Assembly (NCBI RefSeq): GCF_009914755.1
Contig: NC_060947.1
Strand: one strand, 5' to 3'
Length of the DNA: 64,000 nucleotides
From: the human T2T-CHM13v2.0 reference genome, Homo sapiens
The notes beneath the pieces were generated by a model, which was not told the DNA's origin, did not search any database, and worked only from the letters and a program-made list of their open reading frames with translations. The position numbers and the translations under genes are program-made. Of this stretch, positions 12,655 through 27,039 are shown piece by piece; within the stretch, counting starts at the first letter, position 1; each line of letters begins with the position of its first letter.

Positions 12655-13245
12655 TGGGCTCTCATTGGCTGAAGGGCATGCCAGTATAAAACTATCCTTC
12701 TGAAATAAGTGGACAAGACTGGTGCCAGGAGGAAAAGGAGTCTTCCAACAGATAGAAAACACCAGGAGCCAGTAAACTGCGTTTGCTGATAAGGTTTCAT
12801 GCATATGCAAAAGGGGGTAAGATGGTGAAATTTGGCTGGCATATGACCTTCCTATGCGGATGTTGGACCAGTAAAGGAAAATTGCCCCAAGTGATCATAT
12901 GCACGAATTCAGTAAACACATGCCCATGCAGTCCCTCCCAAGTGCTGACAGGCCACTGCACACGCGGTAATCAAGCAACAGCCTGCCCAAGGGAGGAATT
13001 AGGGGAGGACAATAGGAAGCCCAGGAGATGAGCCAATGTATAAAGTCCCAAGCCAAGGACTGAGCAAAGCACTTGAATCTCTCAAGTCATCCACTTTGGT
13101 TTCTTCCAAGTGTACTCTGTTTGCTTTCTTTGATAAACTTTTGCCTCTGATTTAAACCTACTTCTGCCTCTCTGCTGAATTCTTTCCTTTGAGGAGGCAA
13201 GGACTGAAACTGCTGCGGACCTCTGTGGACTTACCACCAGTAACA
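12655..13245 (+). mobile_element. ERV1 LTR (LTR9/MER50-related) nested in the provirus; 5' end unclear
   Basis: GTAAACAC...CCTCCCAAGTGCTGACAGGCCACTG, TATAAA at ~13038, and 3' end GAGGAGGCAAGGACTGAAACTGCTGCGGACC...CAGTAACA. Confidence 0.7.
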
Positions 13246-13362
13246 GCACTGCAGTTCAAAGACCCGTGGAAAGTTCAAACCTCCTCAGACTCCAAAGAAC
13301 ACTGGGGCCAAATAGCATTACATAAGAATAGCATTTTCCTTTGTTCCTTTGTCTCATAACTA

Positions 13363-13803
<441 letters not shown>

Positions 13804-14142
13804 CTAACAAGCTCCAGGAATGTACAAACTGAAGCAGTCAGGGTACTTACTTCTTGCAGTTGGTTGGGTTTGTTCAACCTGCAAATGGAAATTACTTCAA
13901 AATTCTCCAAACTGAGAGGAGCAGATACTGCTATCTAGGCCCACAAAAAACACTCACCTATTCCTACGTAGATGTCAAATTTCAAAGGCTGCTCTTCCTA
14001 GACACTCAGAAATGCAGTTGAGGTTGGCAATGGCAGAGCCAGAGAGAGACTGAAATCCCCTCTAGCCAAAAAAGGGCTGGCAGCTGCTTAGGAGGATTTC
14101 CGAAACTCTCCTGGCCCTGCAGCAGCGGAGCCACTAGCGATG

Positions 14143-14162
14143 CGATCCCAGTCAGGGAACCA
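14143..14162 (-). promoter_or_regulatory. Retroviral primer-binding site, tRNA-Glu
   Basis: + strand CGATCCCAGTCAGGGAACCA compared with the tRNA-Glu 3' end CGATTCCCGGTCAGGGAACCA; lies immediately inside the 5' LTR. Confidence 0.85.
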
Positions 14163-14167
14163 ATATC

Positions 14168-14804
14168 TCTTAGGGAAATGCCAGGGGTCCGGTCTAGGTC
14201 CTGTTGCTCACAGCACAGAATGCCAATCACTGAGATGAGTATTGCCAGGGAAGAAGGCTTTAATTGGTGCTGCAGCCAAGGAGAATGGGAGATCAGTCTC
14301 AAATCTGTCCCCCTGGACCAATTAAAAGTGGGGGCTTATATAGCAGAGATGACAGGGAAAACAGGAATTAGGGGAGTACTGAAGCAGTCAAGATGGATAA
14401 GGGGTCTGGTTTGGGGGTTTGGTTTTTAGGTTTGGGGGTACATGTGAAGGTTTGTTCTATAGGTAAACTCGTGTCACAGGGGTTTATTGTACAGATTATT
14501 TCATCATCCAGGTATTAAGGCTAGTACCCAATCATTACTTTTTCTGCTCCTCTTCCTCCTCTCACCCTCCATTCTCAAGTAGAACCCACTGTCTGTTGTT
14601 CCCTTCTTTAGGTTCATGAGTTCTCATCAGATGTGGTGATCTGATAAGTTTCATTTATTTGCCTGAGGGTCGGTAGGATCCTGAGGAAGAAACTCACATG
14701 AGACAAATGTATGTTTCAAGTTTTAAGATCGGTTATGTTAACTTCCGTGTTAATTCAAAAAAAACGGTAAATATCAGTTCTGTGGGACAACTGGGCTGGT
14801 TTTA
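14168..14804 (-). mobile_element. 5' LTR (MER31A-like) interrupted by an L1-derived insert
   Basis: Shares CACAGAATGCCAATC, GAAGGCTTTAATTGGTG and GTAAATATCAGTTCT with the LTR at 6356-6784. Confidence 0.85.
14424..14629 (-). mobile_element. ~206-bp L1PA13-16-type 3'-end fragment, ~95% identical to 17563-17768
   Basis: Manual alignment gives 11 differences, with perfect runs of 76 and 42 bp; no poly-A and no TSD. Confidence 0.9.
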
Positions 14805-16235
14805 GCATTAAAGGAGAACAAACTGATGACGATAAAAGTCTTGAATTTCATTTGGTGAACACAACTAAACTAATATAGGTAATGTAAATAATTTATTTCA
14901 AAAACACGTATTTGAAAAAATATATAACAGAATGGCAATGAAATAATTTAAATTTTAAAAATTCATTATCTCAAAGGAAAATATAGTTGATATCTCAGAA
15001 AATGCAGTACGAAACCAGATGAAGCTCTTCAAGTGATAAAGCATTTATAACTTCATGATGCATTTAAAAGAAAGAAAAAGTGAATTATACTTTAGTTACT
15101 CATAAGTGTAAAAAGACAAATGTCAAAATATGTCAAGTTCCTTTAAAACAATAATTTAATGTGAAATGTCTTTCAAAAATATAGTCATTTCTCTCCATAT
15201 GTAAATCTAACCACAAAGAATTGTAACTGTATAGGTATATTTTTTCCCTGAAGGTAGTGTTTGCTACTGGACTAGCAAAAGACAAAAGATAAAATTTAAA
15301 AACTAGAGAAAAAACTTACATTAAAAAAATAGTGGAGTAGAAAATTAATAAAGTAGATTGAAGTCCTGTTACTCAGTGAGATGACCTTCACTAAATCAAC
15401 TGGATTGGATTGCCCTGCTTTCCTCATCAATAACAGGAAGAGCTTCCTGATAGACATTTCATGTTATGGCTTCTTGATGTCAACAGCTTTCAAACTAGCC
15501 CCTAGTTATAACTAGCAATATCTATTGATGTATTGTAATCTTAAAGAAAATGTCATTGTTTGCCTTCCAAACTTCCTTCTTCTTCACTAAGGTTCCTGCT
15601 TTTTGTGGTCTCCATTCCCTTTACCAAACACTGGTTTGACCACAAGTATGGAACGTGATAGGTCAATGGGATCTATGAAGAGCCATGGGGCTATTGGGAA
15701 AGGTTTGCCACCTGAAAAAAAAGATAAGCACAAGAAGAGAAACCATTCATCCTGCTCCATGAATGGCAGTATGCTTTTCTCCCTCCCCTAACATGTTTTG
15801 CTGCTGAAACCTGATTTACTATCATAACCTCCCAAAAGGCCCATGCTCTGAGCCCCCATTCTTTGTGTAGCCTCAAGATGGTATAAAAGTGTCAACCATC
15901 TGGTTGAATTCTTATGCTTTGTATGACTCCCAGGGACATTGTAAAAGAAAATAAACCTCAGAACCCCAAAATTACTAAGCCAAAGGGAAAAGTCAAGTTG
16001 AGGACTGCTTCAGGCAAAACTGCCTCCCATTTTATTTCTGAATATGATAGCTAAGAAGATAAAAAAAAGTGTAAACCAAAAATAAAATTTGAAGGCCCCC
16101 TGGATCCATCTGAATGGACTCTCTCCTCAGTCAGAGCACCCTAAAATTTAACCTGTAAGACTAGTTCAGGCCATGACAGGAAGTGGGGGTTGGACATGCC
16201 TCATTATATCCCTCCAGCATTAACATCAACACAGA

Positions 16236-16316
16236 CCTTAAGTCTGATAAGAAACATTTACACCTTAGGTCTGATAAGAAACATTTACACCTCAAGTCTG
16301 ATAAGAAACATTTACA
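16236..16316. repeat. 27-bp unit x3 (CCTTAAGTCTGATAAGAAACATTTACA)
   Basis: Three head-to-tail copies, each differing from the first by at most one base. Confidence 0.95.
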
Positions 16317-16538
16317 ATCTATTCTTTCTAAAGCCTGCTACTTGGAGGCTTCATCAGCATGATAAAACCTAGGTCTCCACAACCCTTTACCATAAGGCAG
16401 ACATTCTTTTTGTAGATAATAACTCTTTCAGCCAATTGCCAATAAGAATATGCTTAAATCTGTGAATGAGCTGGAATTCACCACTTCGATTTGTCCCATT
16501 CCCCTAGATCAAACCAATGTAAATGTTACATGTATTAA

Positions 16539-16937
<399 letters not shown>

Positions 16938-17542
16938 TAAACTTTCTAAATTGATTGAGACTTGTCTCAGATACTTTCTGGTTTACAAATGCTACATACC
17001 TCCTTCACAATTTGCCCACAAGGAAATTCCTTGTGGGTCTCAAGACCTTTACTTTAAAACAGTTCTGTTGGATTTCATCCTGGCAATGTAAATTGATAGC
17101 TTACCTTCACAAGTGTGGAACAAAGGACAGAACTCAAAGTCATCCCTCTCCTCACCTAAGACAAATGCATATCTGGTTGTTTCCTCTGCCCTATTGTTTA
17201 TGTAAAAATGCAGATTTGCTGAGCCAGAGGAAGGTGTAAGTGACTATTCCTCTAACCCCCTCTCACATGTAAATTGTGTATTCAGTGAAAGGCTGATCAA
17301 AGACCCAAAACAATGCAACCATTTGTCTCTTATCTACGGATGACCTGGAAGCCCCTGCTTTGAGTTGTCCTGCTTTTCTGGACCAAACCAATGTACATCT
17401 TAAACATGTTGATTGATGTCTCATGTTTCCCTAAAATGTATAAAAGCAAGCTGTACCCTCACCACTCTGGATGCATGTCGTCAGGACCTCCTAAGGCTGT
17501 GTCTGTCATGGACACATCCTTAACCTCGGCAAAATAAACTTT

Positions 17543-19289
17543 CTCCTTTTAAAAAACTTTTATTTTAGGATTGGGGGTACATGTGAAGGTTTGTTTTGTA
17601 GGTAAACTCATGTCACAGGGGTTTGTTGCACAGATTATTTCATCATCCAGGTATTAAGGCTAGTACCCAATAGTTACTTTTTCTGCTCCTCTTCCTCCTC
17701 TCACCCTCCATTCTCAAGTAGAACCCACTGTCTGTTGTTCCCTTCTTTATGTTCAAGAGTTCTCACCATTTAGCTCCCACTTATAAGTGACAACATACAG
17801 TATTTGGTTTGCTGTTCCTGCATTAGTTTGCTAAGGATGATGGGCTCCAGCTCCATCCATATTCTACAAAAGACATGATGTCATTTTTTTTCTGGCTGCA
17901 TAGTATTCCATGGTTTATAAGCACCACATTTTCTTTGTCCAATCTGTGATTGATGGGCATTTAGGTTGATTCCACGTCTTTGCTATTGGGAATAGCGCTG
18001 CAATGAACATAACATGTGCATCTGCCTTTATAGTAGAATGATTTATCTTCCTCTGGTTATATACCCAGCAATGGGATTGCTGCAAATAGTATTTCTGCTT
18101 TTAGCTCTTTGAGGAATGATCATACTACTTTTCACAATGGTTGAATTAATTTACACTTCCACTTGCAGTGTCTGCATTCCCTTTTCTTTGCAACCTCACC
18201 AACGTTGGTTATTTTTTGACTTTTTAATAATAGTCATTTTGACTGGTATGAGATGGTATCTCATTGTGGTTTTGATTTGCATTTCTCTAATGATCAGTAA
18301 AATTGAGGGTTTTTAAAATATGCTTGTTTACCACATGTATGCCTTCTTTAGAGAAGTGTCTGTTCATGTCCTTTACCCACTGTTTAATGGGGTTGTTTGT
18401 TTTCCTTTTGTAAATTTGTTTAAGTTCCTTAATGATGCTGGATATTAGACCTTTGTCAGATGCATAGTTTGCAAAAAATTTTTTCCCATTCTATAGGTTG
18501 TTCATTTATTCTGTTGATAGTTTTTCTTGCTGTGCAGAAACCCTTATGTTTAATTAGATCCCATTTATCAACTTTTGCTTTTGTTGCAATTGCTTTTGGT
18601 TTCTTTGTGATGCAATCTTTGCCCATTCCTACGTCCAAGATGGTATTGCCTAGGTTGTCTTCCAGAGATTTTTATAGTTTTGGGATTCACATTTAAGCCT
18701 TTAATCTATCTTGTGTTGATTTTTGTGTATGGTGTAAGGAAGGGGTCCAGCTTCAATGTTCTGCATATGGCTAGCCAGTTATCCCAGCACCATTTATTGA
18801 ATTGGAAGTCTTTTCTCCATTGCTTGTTTTTGTCAGCTTTGTTGAAAATCATATGGTTGTAGATGTGGGATCTACGTGTGTTTCTGGGATCTCTACTATG
18901 TTCTATGTGCCCATTTTTGTAGCAGTACCATGCTGTTTTGGTTACCGTGGCCCTGTAGAATAGTTTGAAGTTAGGTAATGTGATGCCTCCAGCTTTGTTC
19001 TTTTTGTTTAGGATTGCCTTGGCTTTGGGGCTCTTTTTGGTTCCATGTGAATTTTAAAATAGTTTTTTCTAGTTCTGTGAAGACTATTATTGGTAGTTTC
19101 ACAGGAATAGCATTGAATCTATAAATTGCTTTAGGCAATATGGACATTTTAATGACATCGATTCTTTCTATCCATGAGCATGGGCTGTTTTTCCAATGTT
19201 TATGTCTTCTCTGATTTCTTTGAGCAGTGTTTTGTAATTCTCCATTGCAGAAATCTTTCACGTCCTGATTAGCTGTATTTCTAGGTATT
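17543..19289 (-). mobile_element. 5'-truncated L1 (L1PA13-16-like), ~1.75 kb
   Basis: L1 3'UTR plus ORF2 C-terminal remnants ([16 protein letters not shown]; [17 protein letters not shown]); TSD GCAAAATAAACTTT / GCAGAATAAACTTT. Confidence 0.93.
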
Positions 19290-19900
19290 GCAGAATAAAC
19301 TTTTAAAATTGATTGATACCTGTCTCAGATACTTGTGGTTTACAACATTAGTAAATTTATATACCTTTTTTTCCTATTAATCTGCCTTTTATCTGTTGAT
19401 TTTCAGGAAACCTCCAAAGGGTGAAGGGGAAATTTTTTTGTTTCTTGGCCCCTACAACCCAAAGAATCAAAAGGTATTCTCACAAACTTATAAGAACATG
19501 AATAAAATAGAGATTAAAAAGGAAAAGATAAAGCTAGAATTAATTAGAAAGGTAAAAGAATCTAAATAACATGATATTAGAATGTTAAAAAGAATCTCTT
19601 CCTTTTTCAGTTTCAACCAAGAACACAATAGATTTCATAAGGAATGCTGTGCCAAATTTACAAAGATGTTTTGGAAGAGATGTCAAAACTCTTGAATCCC
19701 TCAGCCACTTTGAAATTATAATAGAGTCAAGAACGATATAAAACAAATTATATACAAGCGAGAAAATATCAGGTTAATCTCCCTTTTTCACCTCCATTTT
19801 TAATGTCATGCGACAATGGGGCACTGCCTACACAGCTCTGAGGAAAGCAATGACTCCAAAATTTCATACACAGTCATGATGAATTCATATATGAAGTAAA

Positions 19901-20603
19901 TAAAACTGCCTTTGCAAAAATTGTAACAGTAAAAGAAATCTAACCTAACTGACTCCACCTTGCTTCTAACTTCACAAGCTATCTGCCTTTGTTTACTTTA
20001 AAAACAAAAATGAACTAATCCCCTTCTTGCTTGGGGACCAAAATAATCATTATAGGACTAGTGAAAAGGCCACAAGTTTAGGATTGGGAGGGGCCTGAAT
20101 TCTGTTAAGATGTAGGCATAGTTAAACAATAACCAGTCATTGTTCTGGAGGTCACAGGATTTGTAATTTCCCCAAAGGCTCCTATAGAAAACATCAGTAT
20201 TGTTAAAACCTAATTGGTCTTTGAGATTACTTTCAGACTTTTGAATTCTCGCAATCAACTGACTCCACCCAGATCCATGACTCATACCAAGTAACTGGAT
20301 CAACTGGTCCTGTGACCCCCACCCAGAAACTGACTCAGTATGTGAAGACAATTTGGATACTTCTATAATTTCATTTCCAACCAATCAGTAGCACCTGTTC
20401 CCTTGTCTGCTACCTGCCAAATTATCCATAAAAACCATAGCCTCTGAGCTTTCTGGGAGAAGGATTTGACAATTAACTCCCATCCTTCTGCTTGGCTGGC
20501 CCTGTGATTATTAAACTCTTTCCTTGCTGCAAAAGCCTGCTGTTCTCAGTGCCATTGCTTTTGTGGGTGGAAGCAGGCAAGATAAACCCATCAGGCAATT
20601 ATA
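19901..20603 (+). mobile_element. Solo LTR8-family ERV1 LTR
   Basis: TAAAACTGCCTTTGCAAAAATT...CTGACTCCACCTTGCTTCTAAC...AACCCATCAGGCAATTATA. Confidence 0.85.
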
Positions 20604-23600
20604 GAAACAGACAAATACTTGGAAAAAGAGAAAAGTCAGAGACTAGAGATCCTATCAGTCCTTTGGGAAAAACTAAGATAATAATGAAATCCAGCCAGTG
20701 AATAATTGGATTAACATAAAGACTTTAAAAATGGAGAATTTATAGTAAAATGATAGTTGGTGAACACTGGTAAAACAGAATGTAAATGTTATAAACATTG
20801 ACAATTTATGAAATTTTATTTTTCATACACAAAAGTCCCTGGAGGTAGAAAATTGTGAAACGTGAGAATTACATTATTACATTATCTGTCATAGTGGAAC
20901 GTCAATCAATACTGCATAAAACTGAAACATAGTAACAAAAAAACCCATAATTTTTAATATTACTCATAATGTATTTTGTTAAATTTGAGAACTATTTTTA
21001 AATTATGGTGTTTATTTTGGTGACAAATAGTTACATGAAGTTTAGTAATTCTTCAATTTAACTTCAAAATATTTTGTCTATTAGATTCTAATAGAATTAA
21101 ATTTAATACATTTGATTTGATACAGTCTAATCCCATTTTATAAAAAGTAAATCTAGTTTTCTATCCATCCATCTATTTATTTGTCCATCCACCTATCTAT
21201 CCACCCACTTCAAGCAGTGAATAAGCCTGCAATGCAGTTTGCTTAATGTTAAGAATTGATTCATGCATGGTGAGATTTATGGTTATTTTTACATCATCCT
21301 TTTTACTTTTCTGCCATTTTAAATTCTAAATATTGAGTATGCATTATTTTTTAAAGTCATTATGATAATTTTTAAATAACCGAAAACTATTGTTTCAAGT
21401 GAAAACAGAAGAGTTATTGTAAGACCTTACATAATTAGCTACTAAATGGTAAAGACAATAATTGCTGTAGTAGATCAGGGGAAGAGGAGAAAAAGTTATA
21501 ATCATTGCCTATATTTATTTGTGGTCATTTAGCCTTAGCAAATAATGCTGATAATAGTTTTTATTTACAATAGAAACTCTCATCTACTTTTAAATTGTTA
21601 ACTTTAATGCAGTTATTTGTTACTGTTCGCACATCTTAATGAGCCAGGCAGATGGAGTCATGCTTCAAATACTTGGTGATTCCAGGTAAGTATGTATATA
21701 AGAGAGAAAATAGGGTCTGACAATTGGTCTATTTTTATACCTCCATTTTCTGGGATACATGACTATTGCCTTGTTAATCAAAGCTTATTACCATGCCTCT
21801 CTAGTCAATTGGAGAAGGTTTGCCTTTCTGTTCCACATTCATTTTGTCTCTTTGGCACTTCTCTGAACTTAGTGCTGAGTTTCACACTAATCACACCATC
21901 CATCTATTGACTGACTGTCACTCTCCTGAAATAAAACAGTGTAAATATAATGTAACAATGTCAGATTACCCTATTTCCATTGTCCCTGTGCGTTCTAATC
22001 TTGCAACGCCAGTGATAAATATTTATTACTGACATTTAAAGGAACGATTTGGCACCTCTGGAAGAAACAGAAACACTTTGCAAATAATTATTACTTTCTA
22101 GTTCAGTAAAATTAAAAGTTAGACATACTTGAAATAAATCAATGCCTATAAATTTAAGACTTCAACACCATATTAATTTTAAGAATACATAAAACTACTA
22201 AAAGGCCATTAGAATGTCTGAAACACTAAATGTTGCTTACTTTAACAAACTATTACAAAATGAACACTTTAAATTTTATGCAGAAATTCAGGGGCATCTT
22301 TAGATGGTACAAAAAATAAAACATTAATGTTACCAAATATACATAAAGCTCTTCTTCACTAAATAGCATAATAGCAGTATTTTCATATGTGGGAATTACA
22401 GTTATTATTTCATCAAAAATGTGGAAATAGCATAAGGAAAATATAATAAAAAGAATTTATTTTGTAGAACATCAGTTATTTGAGCAGACGTTTCCAAATG
22501 TCCCAGGTGCTAGATTTTGCTAAGAGTATAGTCAAATGAAAATACTTAGTTTTGTTGGAAATTACACCTTAGCAATAGAAAATGCTCTCTTTGCTGCTTT
22601 CAGAACTACCAGGTGATTACAGGATGATAAAATTGCCATTGGAAATCCAATGTAGCAATTGAAGAAAAGGGTCAAAAGGAATTGCACTGAAGATACCTTA
22701 TGATAGGCATGATCTATTAAAGAAGATACTGGTCAGCAAGGTGTGAAAAAATGTTAGTCAGTAAAAAATGTTAAATATAGTGTTAATGCTAAAAGAGTTT
22801 TAAGCATATACAGTGCAATGAGCTATTGGAAATAGAAGGATGAATGTGTAGGAGCAAGCACTGGCAAGCATTACAAAGGCCCCTTATTCACATGAACAGA
22901 TGTTTATTAAATGAAAAAATATGTATATTTTTATTTGCACCACACCTAGAATAAATAACCACATGTTATGGAGTCACAAACACAGAATGTGTATCTTATT
23001 TTGTTTTTGTTTTTGTTTGCCTTTTTAAAATAAGAGGTTTCCAGCAAGTATCTTTAGTTACTAAATGAATATTTCCCCAAACTACTGCGTGGTATCTTGT
23101 GCTCTTGGACAAGTTTATAGTAGTCTCAGGGCTAAGATATTTTAGTCAGCAATCAGTGCTGCTGCCAGACTAAATGCATATTTTATTATACTGTCCCAGG
23201 CTCATTCATCTCCCATGACTCTCCAAGGCCTACAGAATGAAGTTGTAAAACATCTGCTTGGCTTTCACAGCCCTGGATAGTTGGGCCATGTAGCCAACTA
23301 TTTCCAACTTTACTACTTACTACTGTCCAACAGGCCTCCTGCTATCAAGCTAGTCCCTCGCTTGTGATCCTTCCGCATTACATCATTGCTAAGAAACTCT
23401 AATGAGAGAAATATAGTAGATCTGTTATATAATGTAGAAAGAGCTTATCATGTTGACTCTACTGCTAAACTCTCAAGGTTTTGGGAAAATCCAAAAAGAA
23501 CTTAAAATACTTTATTAATGCCCCATTTGGCCTATTTTAGAATAGAATATACAGAAAGATGACACTCCCCACCACCAACTAATCAGTTTACCCAAATAAT

Positions 23601-24047
23601 ATGCAAGCATGACCCACTTCTTCCCCCTGCAGTGTTTAAATCTTGTCTCTGCTCTGATTTTTATGCTTTCTGTTTCTGTTCATGTTAAATGAAGTCAACC
23701 TATTTATTGGTTTTCCTTGTATACAAGTAAACAGTGTGCTAAAAATAACCTCTAGGTCCCTGAGTTATTCTTTGGCATTCCAATCTTTACTCTTTTGTAT
23801 TGTTTTTTAGATCTACTCCCCAATTTTCATCTTCAAGAGAAATCCTCCATGCTTTCCCATCCAGATTGTTCATCTCCATTCACGACATTTCTTTAGCATT
23901 TATCATTCCTACCACTTGCTTTGTATTCGTCTCAACAAATTTACAGAGTATCCCAAATAAATCCAAAATCAGGGTTTTGATGTGATTCTTCTTTTTAATA
24001 CTCAACTTTCTCAACCTGTGCTTTTCATTCTTAGACACACTATCTCT

Positions 24048-25163
24048 TTATTTTATTTCCTTTTTTTATTTCAATAGAATTTGGGGTAAGAGGTGGTGTT
24101 TGGTTACATGAATAAGTTCTTTAGTGATGATTTCTGAGATTTTGGTGCACCCATCACCCAAGCAGTGTACACTGTACCCAATGTGTAGTCTTTTATCCCT
24201 TGCCACCCCCTACCCTTTCCTCTGAGTCTCCAAAGTCCAATGTATCATTCTTATGCCTTTGCATCCTCATAGCTTAGCTCCCACCTATGAGTAAGAACAC
24301 AAGATATTTGGTTTTCCATTCCTGAGTCACTTCACTTAGAATAATAGTCTCCAATTCCATCTAGGTTGCTGCAAATGCCATTATTTTGTTCCTTTTTATG
24401 GCTGTGTAGTATTCCATTTATATATCTATTGATCACATTTTCTTTATCCACTCGTTGATTGATGGGCATTTGGGTTTGTTCCATAGTTTTGCAATTGCAA
24501 ATTGTGCTGCTACAAAAATGCATGTGCAAATATCTTTTTCATAGAATGAATTATTTTCCTCTTGGTAGATACCTAGTAGTGGGATTACTGTATCAAACAG
24601 TAGATCTACTTTTAATTCTTAAAGGAATCTCCACACTGTTTTCCATAGTGGTTGTACTAGTTTACATTCCCACCAACAGTGTAAAAGTGTTCCCTTTTCA
24701 CCACATCCATGCAAACATCTATTTTTTTTTTTTAATTTTTCAATTATGGCCATTCTTGCAGGAGTGAGGTGGTATCACATTGTGGCTTTGATTTGCATTT
24801 CCTTGATAATTGGTGATGTTGAGCATTTTTCCATATGTTTGTTGGTCATTTGTATATCTTCTTTTGAGAATTGTCTACTTATTTAATTAGCCCACCTTTT
24901 GATGGGATTGTTTGTTTTTCTTGCTGATTTACTTGAGTTATTTGTAGATTCTGGATATCAGTCCATTGTCAGATATATAGATTGTTAAGATTTTCTCCCA
25001 CTCTGTGGGTTGTCTGTTAACTCTGCTGCTGATTATTATTATTATTATTATTATTATTTTGCTGTGCGGAAGCGTTTTAGTTTAAGTAAGTCCCATTTAT
25101 TTATCGTTGTTTTAGTTGCATTTGCTTTTGGGTTCTTAATCATGAAGCCTTTGCCTAAGCCAA
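24048..25163 (-). mobile_element. L1PB-type 3' fragment containing (ATT)n at ~25032-25057
   Basis: TTTGGTTACATGAATAAGTTCTTTAGTG..GAGATTTTGGTGCACCCATCACCC is characteristic of the L1PB 3' end. Confidence 0.9.
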
Positions 25164-25570
25164 CTTGGCTTCTTTCAGACTATTCTTCTATGTCCTTCCT
25201 CATTCTACCACTCTGTCTTTTCTTTGCTGATTCTTCATAGAATTGTCTTCTTCAACTTTCTCTTATATTCCTTATATCACTCTTTATATTCATCCTAGAA
25301 ACTTTGCTTGGCCTTTATCAAACTGTTCTCAAATCCATCACAATAACTACAACCCCATTCCCACCTTTCTAATTGTCTCTACATGGCTCTATCATCAATT
25401 CAGCATGGTCAAATGGAGCTTATCATCTTCAGCCCCCAGTCAGCTTCTTTCTTTCGCTCCTTCCAGTGACTCAATTCATAAGTTTTAAAAACATCTCTGA
25501 CTCTCCCTCATACTCCTCATCCAATCAGTAGTGAAGTTCCTTAGATCTGGACTTATAACTGTGCTCACAT

Positions 25571-26076
25571 TGTAACTAAAATGCAGGTTCAGTCACTCAT
25601 CGCTTGCAGAGTCTAATTAGCAAGAGCAAAGACTAACGTAAAGAAAGTGACTTTGTATTCCAAAGCTAGCTTAGAGGAAGAAGTACAGCTTTCCTGCTTT
25701 AAAAGTACCATTTCTCTTCTAGAGAAGAAAGCAGGTGCTGTTAAAAGGAGACTTAGTGTGAATGGCCCACAGGGAAGGGAGCGAACAGCTGAGGGTCTAC
25801 ATGACTAGCTTCGGTGCCTTATCTATCAGGTGGTTGAGCTGACTCCATCATGGACAAAAGTAGTTGTACTTTTGGTTGTAAGCTGACTTTTGTCTCTTGA
25901 GGCTATCTCCTGGTGGGATAAGCATGCCCTGTAAGGAGTGTCTGGTGAAGGGAAGGTGTAAGGTTATAATTGCATTTCTAAAGAGCTAAGTAGGAAGAAG
26001 GGAACAGGGGAAAAGGGAGAAAAAGAGAAAGAAATAATTAAAATATTTCTTAGAAAAATTGGGGTACTTGGTTTTA
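25571..26076 (-). mobile_element. Solo ERV1 (MER4-group) LTR
   Basis: TGTAACTAAAATGCAGGTTCAG...GGGGTACTTGGTTTTA; TSD ACAT (25567-25570 and 26077-26080). Confidence 0.75.
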
Positions 26077-26113
26077 ACATTGGTTTTCTCTTCCAATAAT
26101 TTGACTTCTTCAA

Positions 26114-26633
26114 ATTATTATTCTAAGTGAAGTAACTCAGGAGTAGGAAAACCAAACATTGTATGTTCTGACTCATAAGTGGGAGCTAAGCTGTGAGGAT
26201 GCAAAGGAGTTCGAGACCAGCCTGGCCAACATGGTGAAACCCCATCTCTACTAAAAATACAAAAACTTAGCCGGGCATGATGGCGCATGCCTATAATCCC
26301 CGCTACTCAGGGGGCTGAGACAGGAGAATCGCTTGAACCCAGCAGAGGTTGCAGTGAGCCAAGATCATGGAGTGCAGTCACTCCAGCATGAGTGATAGAG
26401 TGAAACTCTGTCTCAAAAGAAAGAAAGAAAGAAAGAAAAGAATAACACAATGGACTTTGGGGACTCAGGCGGAAAAGGTGGAAAGGGGATGAGGGATAAA
26501 ACACTACAAATTGGGTTCAGTATATACTGTTCGGGTGCTGGGTGTGCCAAAATCTCACAAATCACCACTAAAGAACTTACTCACATATCCAAGTACAACC
26601 TGTTCCCCCAAAACCTATGGAAATAAAAAAAAA
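26114..26633 (+). mobile_element. L1PB 3' end interrupted by an Alu
   Basis: ATTATTCTAAGTGAAGTAACTCAGG...AAAATCTCACAAATCACCACTAAAGAACTTA...GGAAATAAAAAA. Confidence 0.88.
26205..26441 (+). mobile_element. 5'-truncated AluS with a (GAAA)n tail
   Basis: Begins AGGAGTTCGAGACCAGCCTGGCC. Confidence 0.92.
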
Positions 26634-26659
26634 TTATCTAAAACGGCAGGAGAGATATC

Positions 26660-26810
26660 TTAGTTAATGGAGATGTTCTAAAACTGAATTTGCAATGGTA
26701 GCATGGCTGTAAATGTACTAAAAATCATCATCGAATTGTGCATTTAAAATGGGTGAATTTTATGATATTTAAATTATGCTTCGATAAAACTGTTGTTTTT
26801 TTTTTAAAGG
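26660..26810 (+). mobile_element. Old L1M (L1MB/ME) 3' end fragment
   Basis: ATGTTCTAAAACTG...GAATTGTGCATTTAAAATGGGTGAATTTTATG. Confidence 0.6.
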
Positions 26811-27039
26811 AAAAAAAACAAATTATGTCTATGTAATCTTCACATGTAAAATCCCATCCAGGGTAATTTAAAATATTTCCACAGCCAAGCAGCCCTCCTT
26901 TAATCCTATAGTTCTTTGTTTCTACCTCTTCGCATTCATTGTATTTTCTGTATATTTTCCAGGTAAATATTTCATTCCAAGTTTTCTTTTTCTTTTTCCT
27001 TTTCTTTTGGTTTGGGGAGCAGTGGTATTTATTTGGTTT

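Noticed and set aside
16236-16316. Regularly spaced repeats resembling a CRISPR array
   Set aside because: No spacers; this is a simple tandem triplication inside a primate LTR.
24048-26633. Oppositely oriented L1PB 3' ends as a single twin-primed (inverted) insertion
   Set aside because: Both pieces include the same terminal 3' region and are separated by ~950 bp of unrelated DNA, so two independent insertions is simpler.
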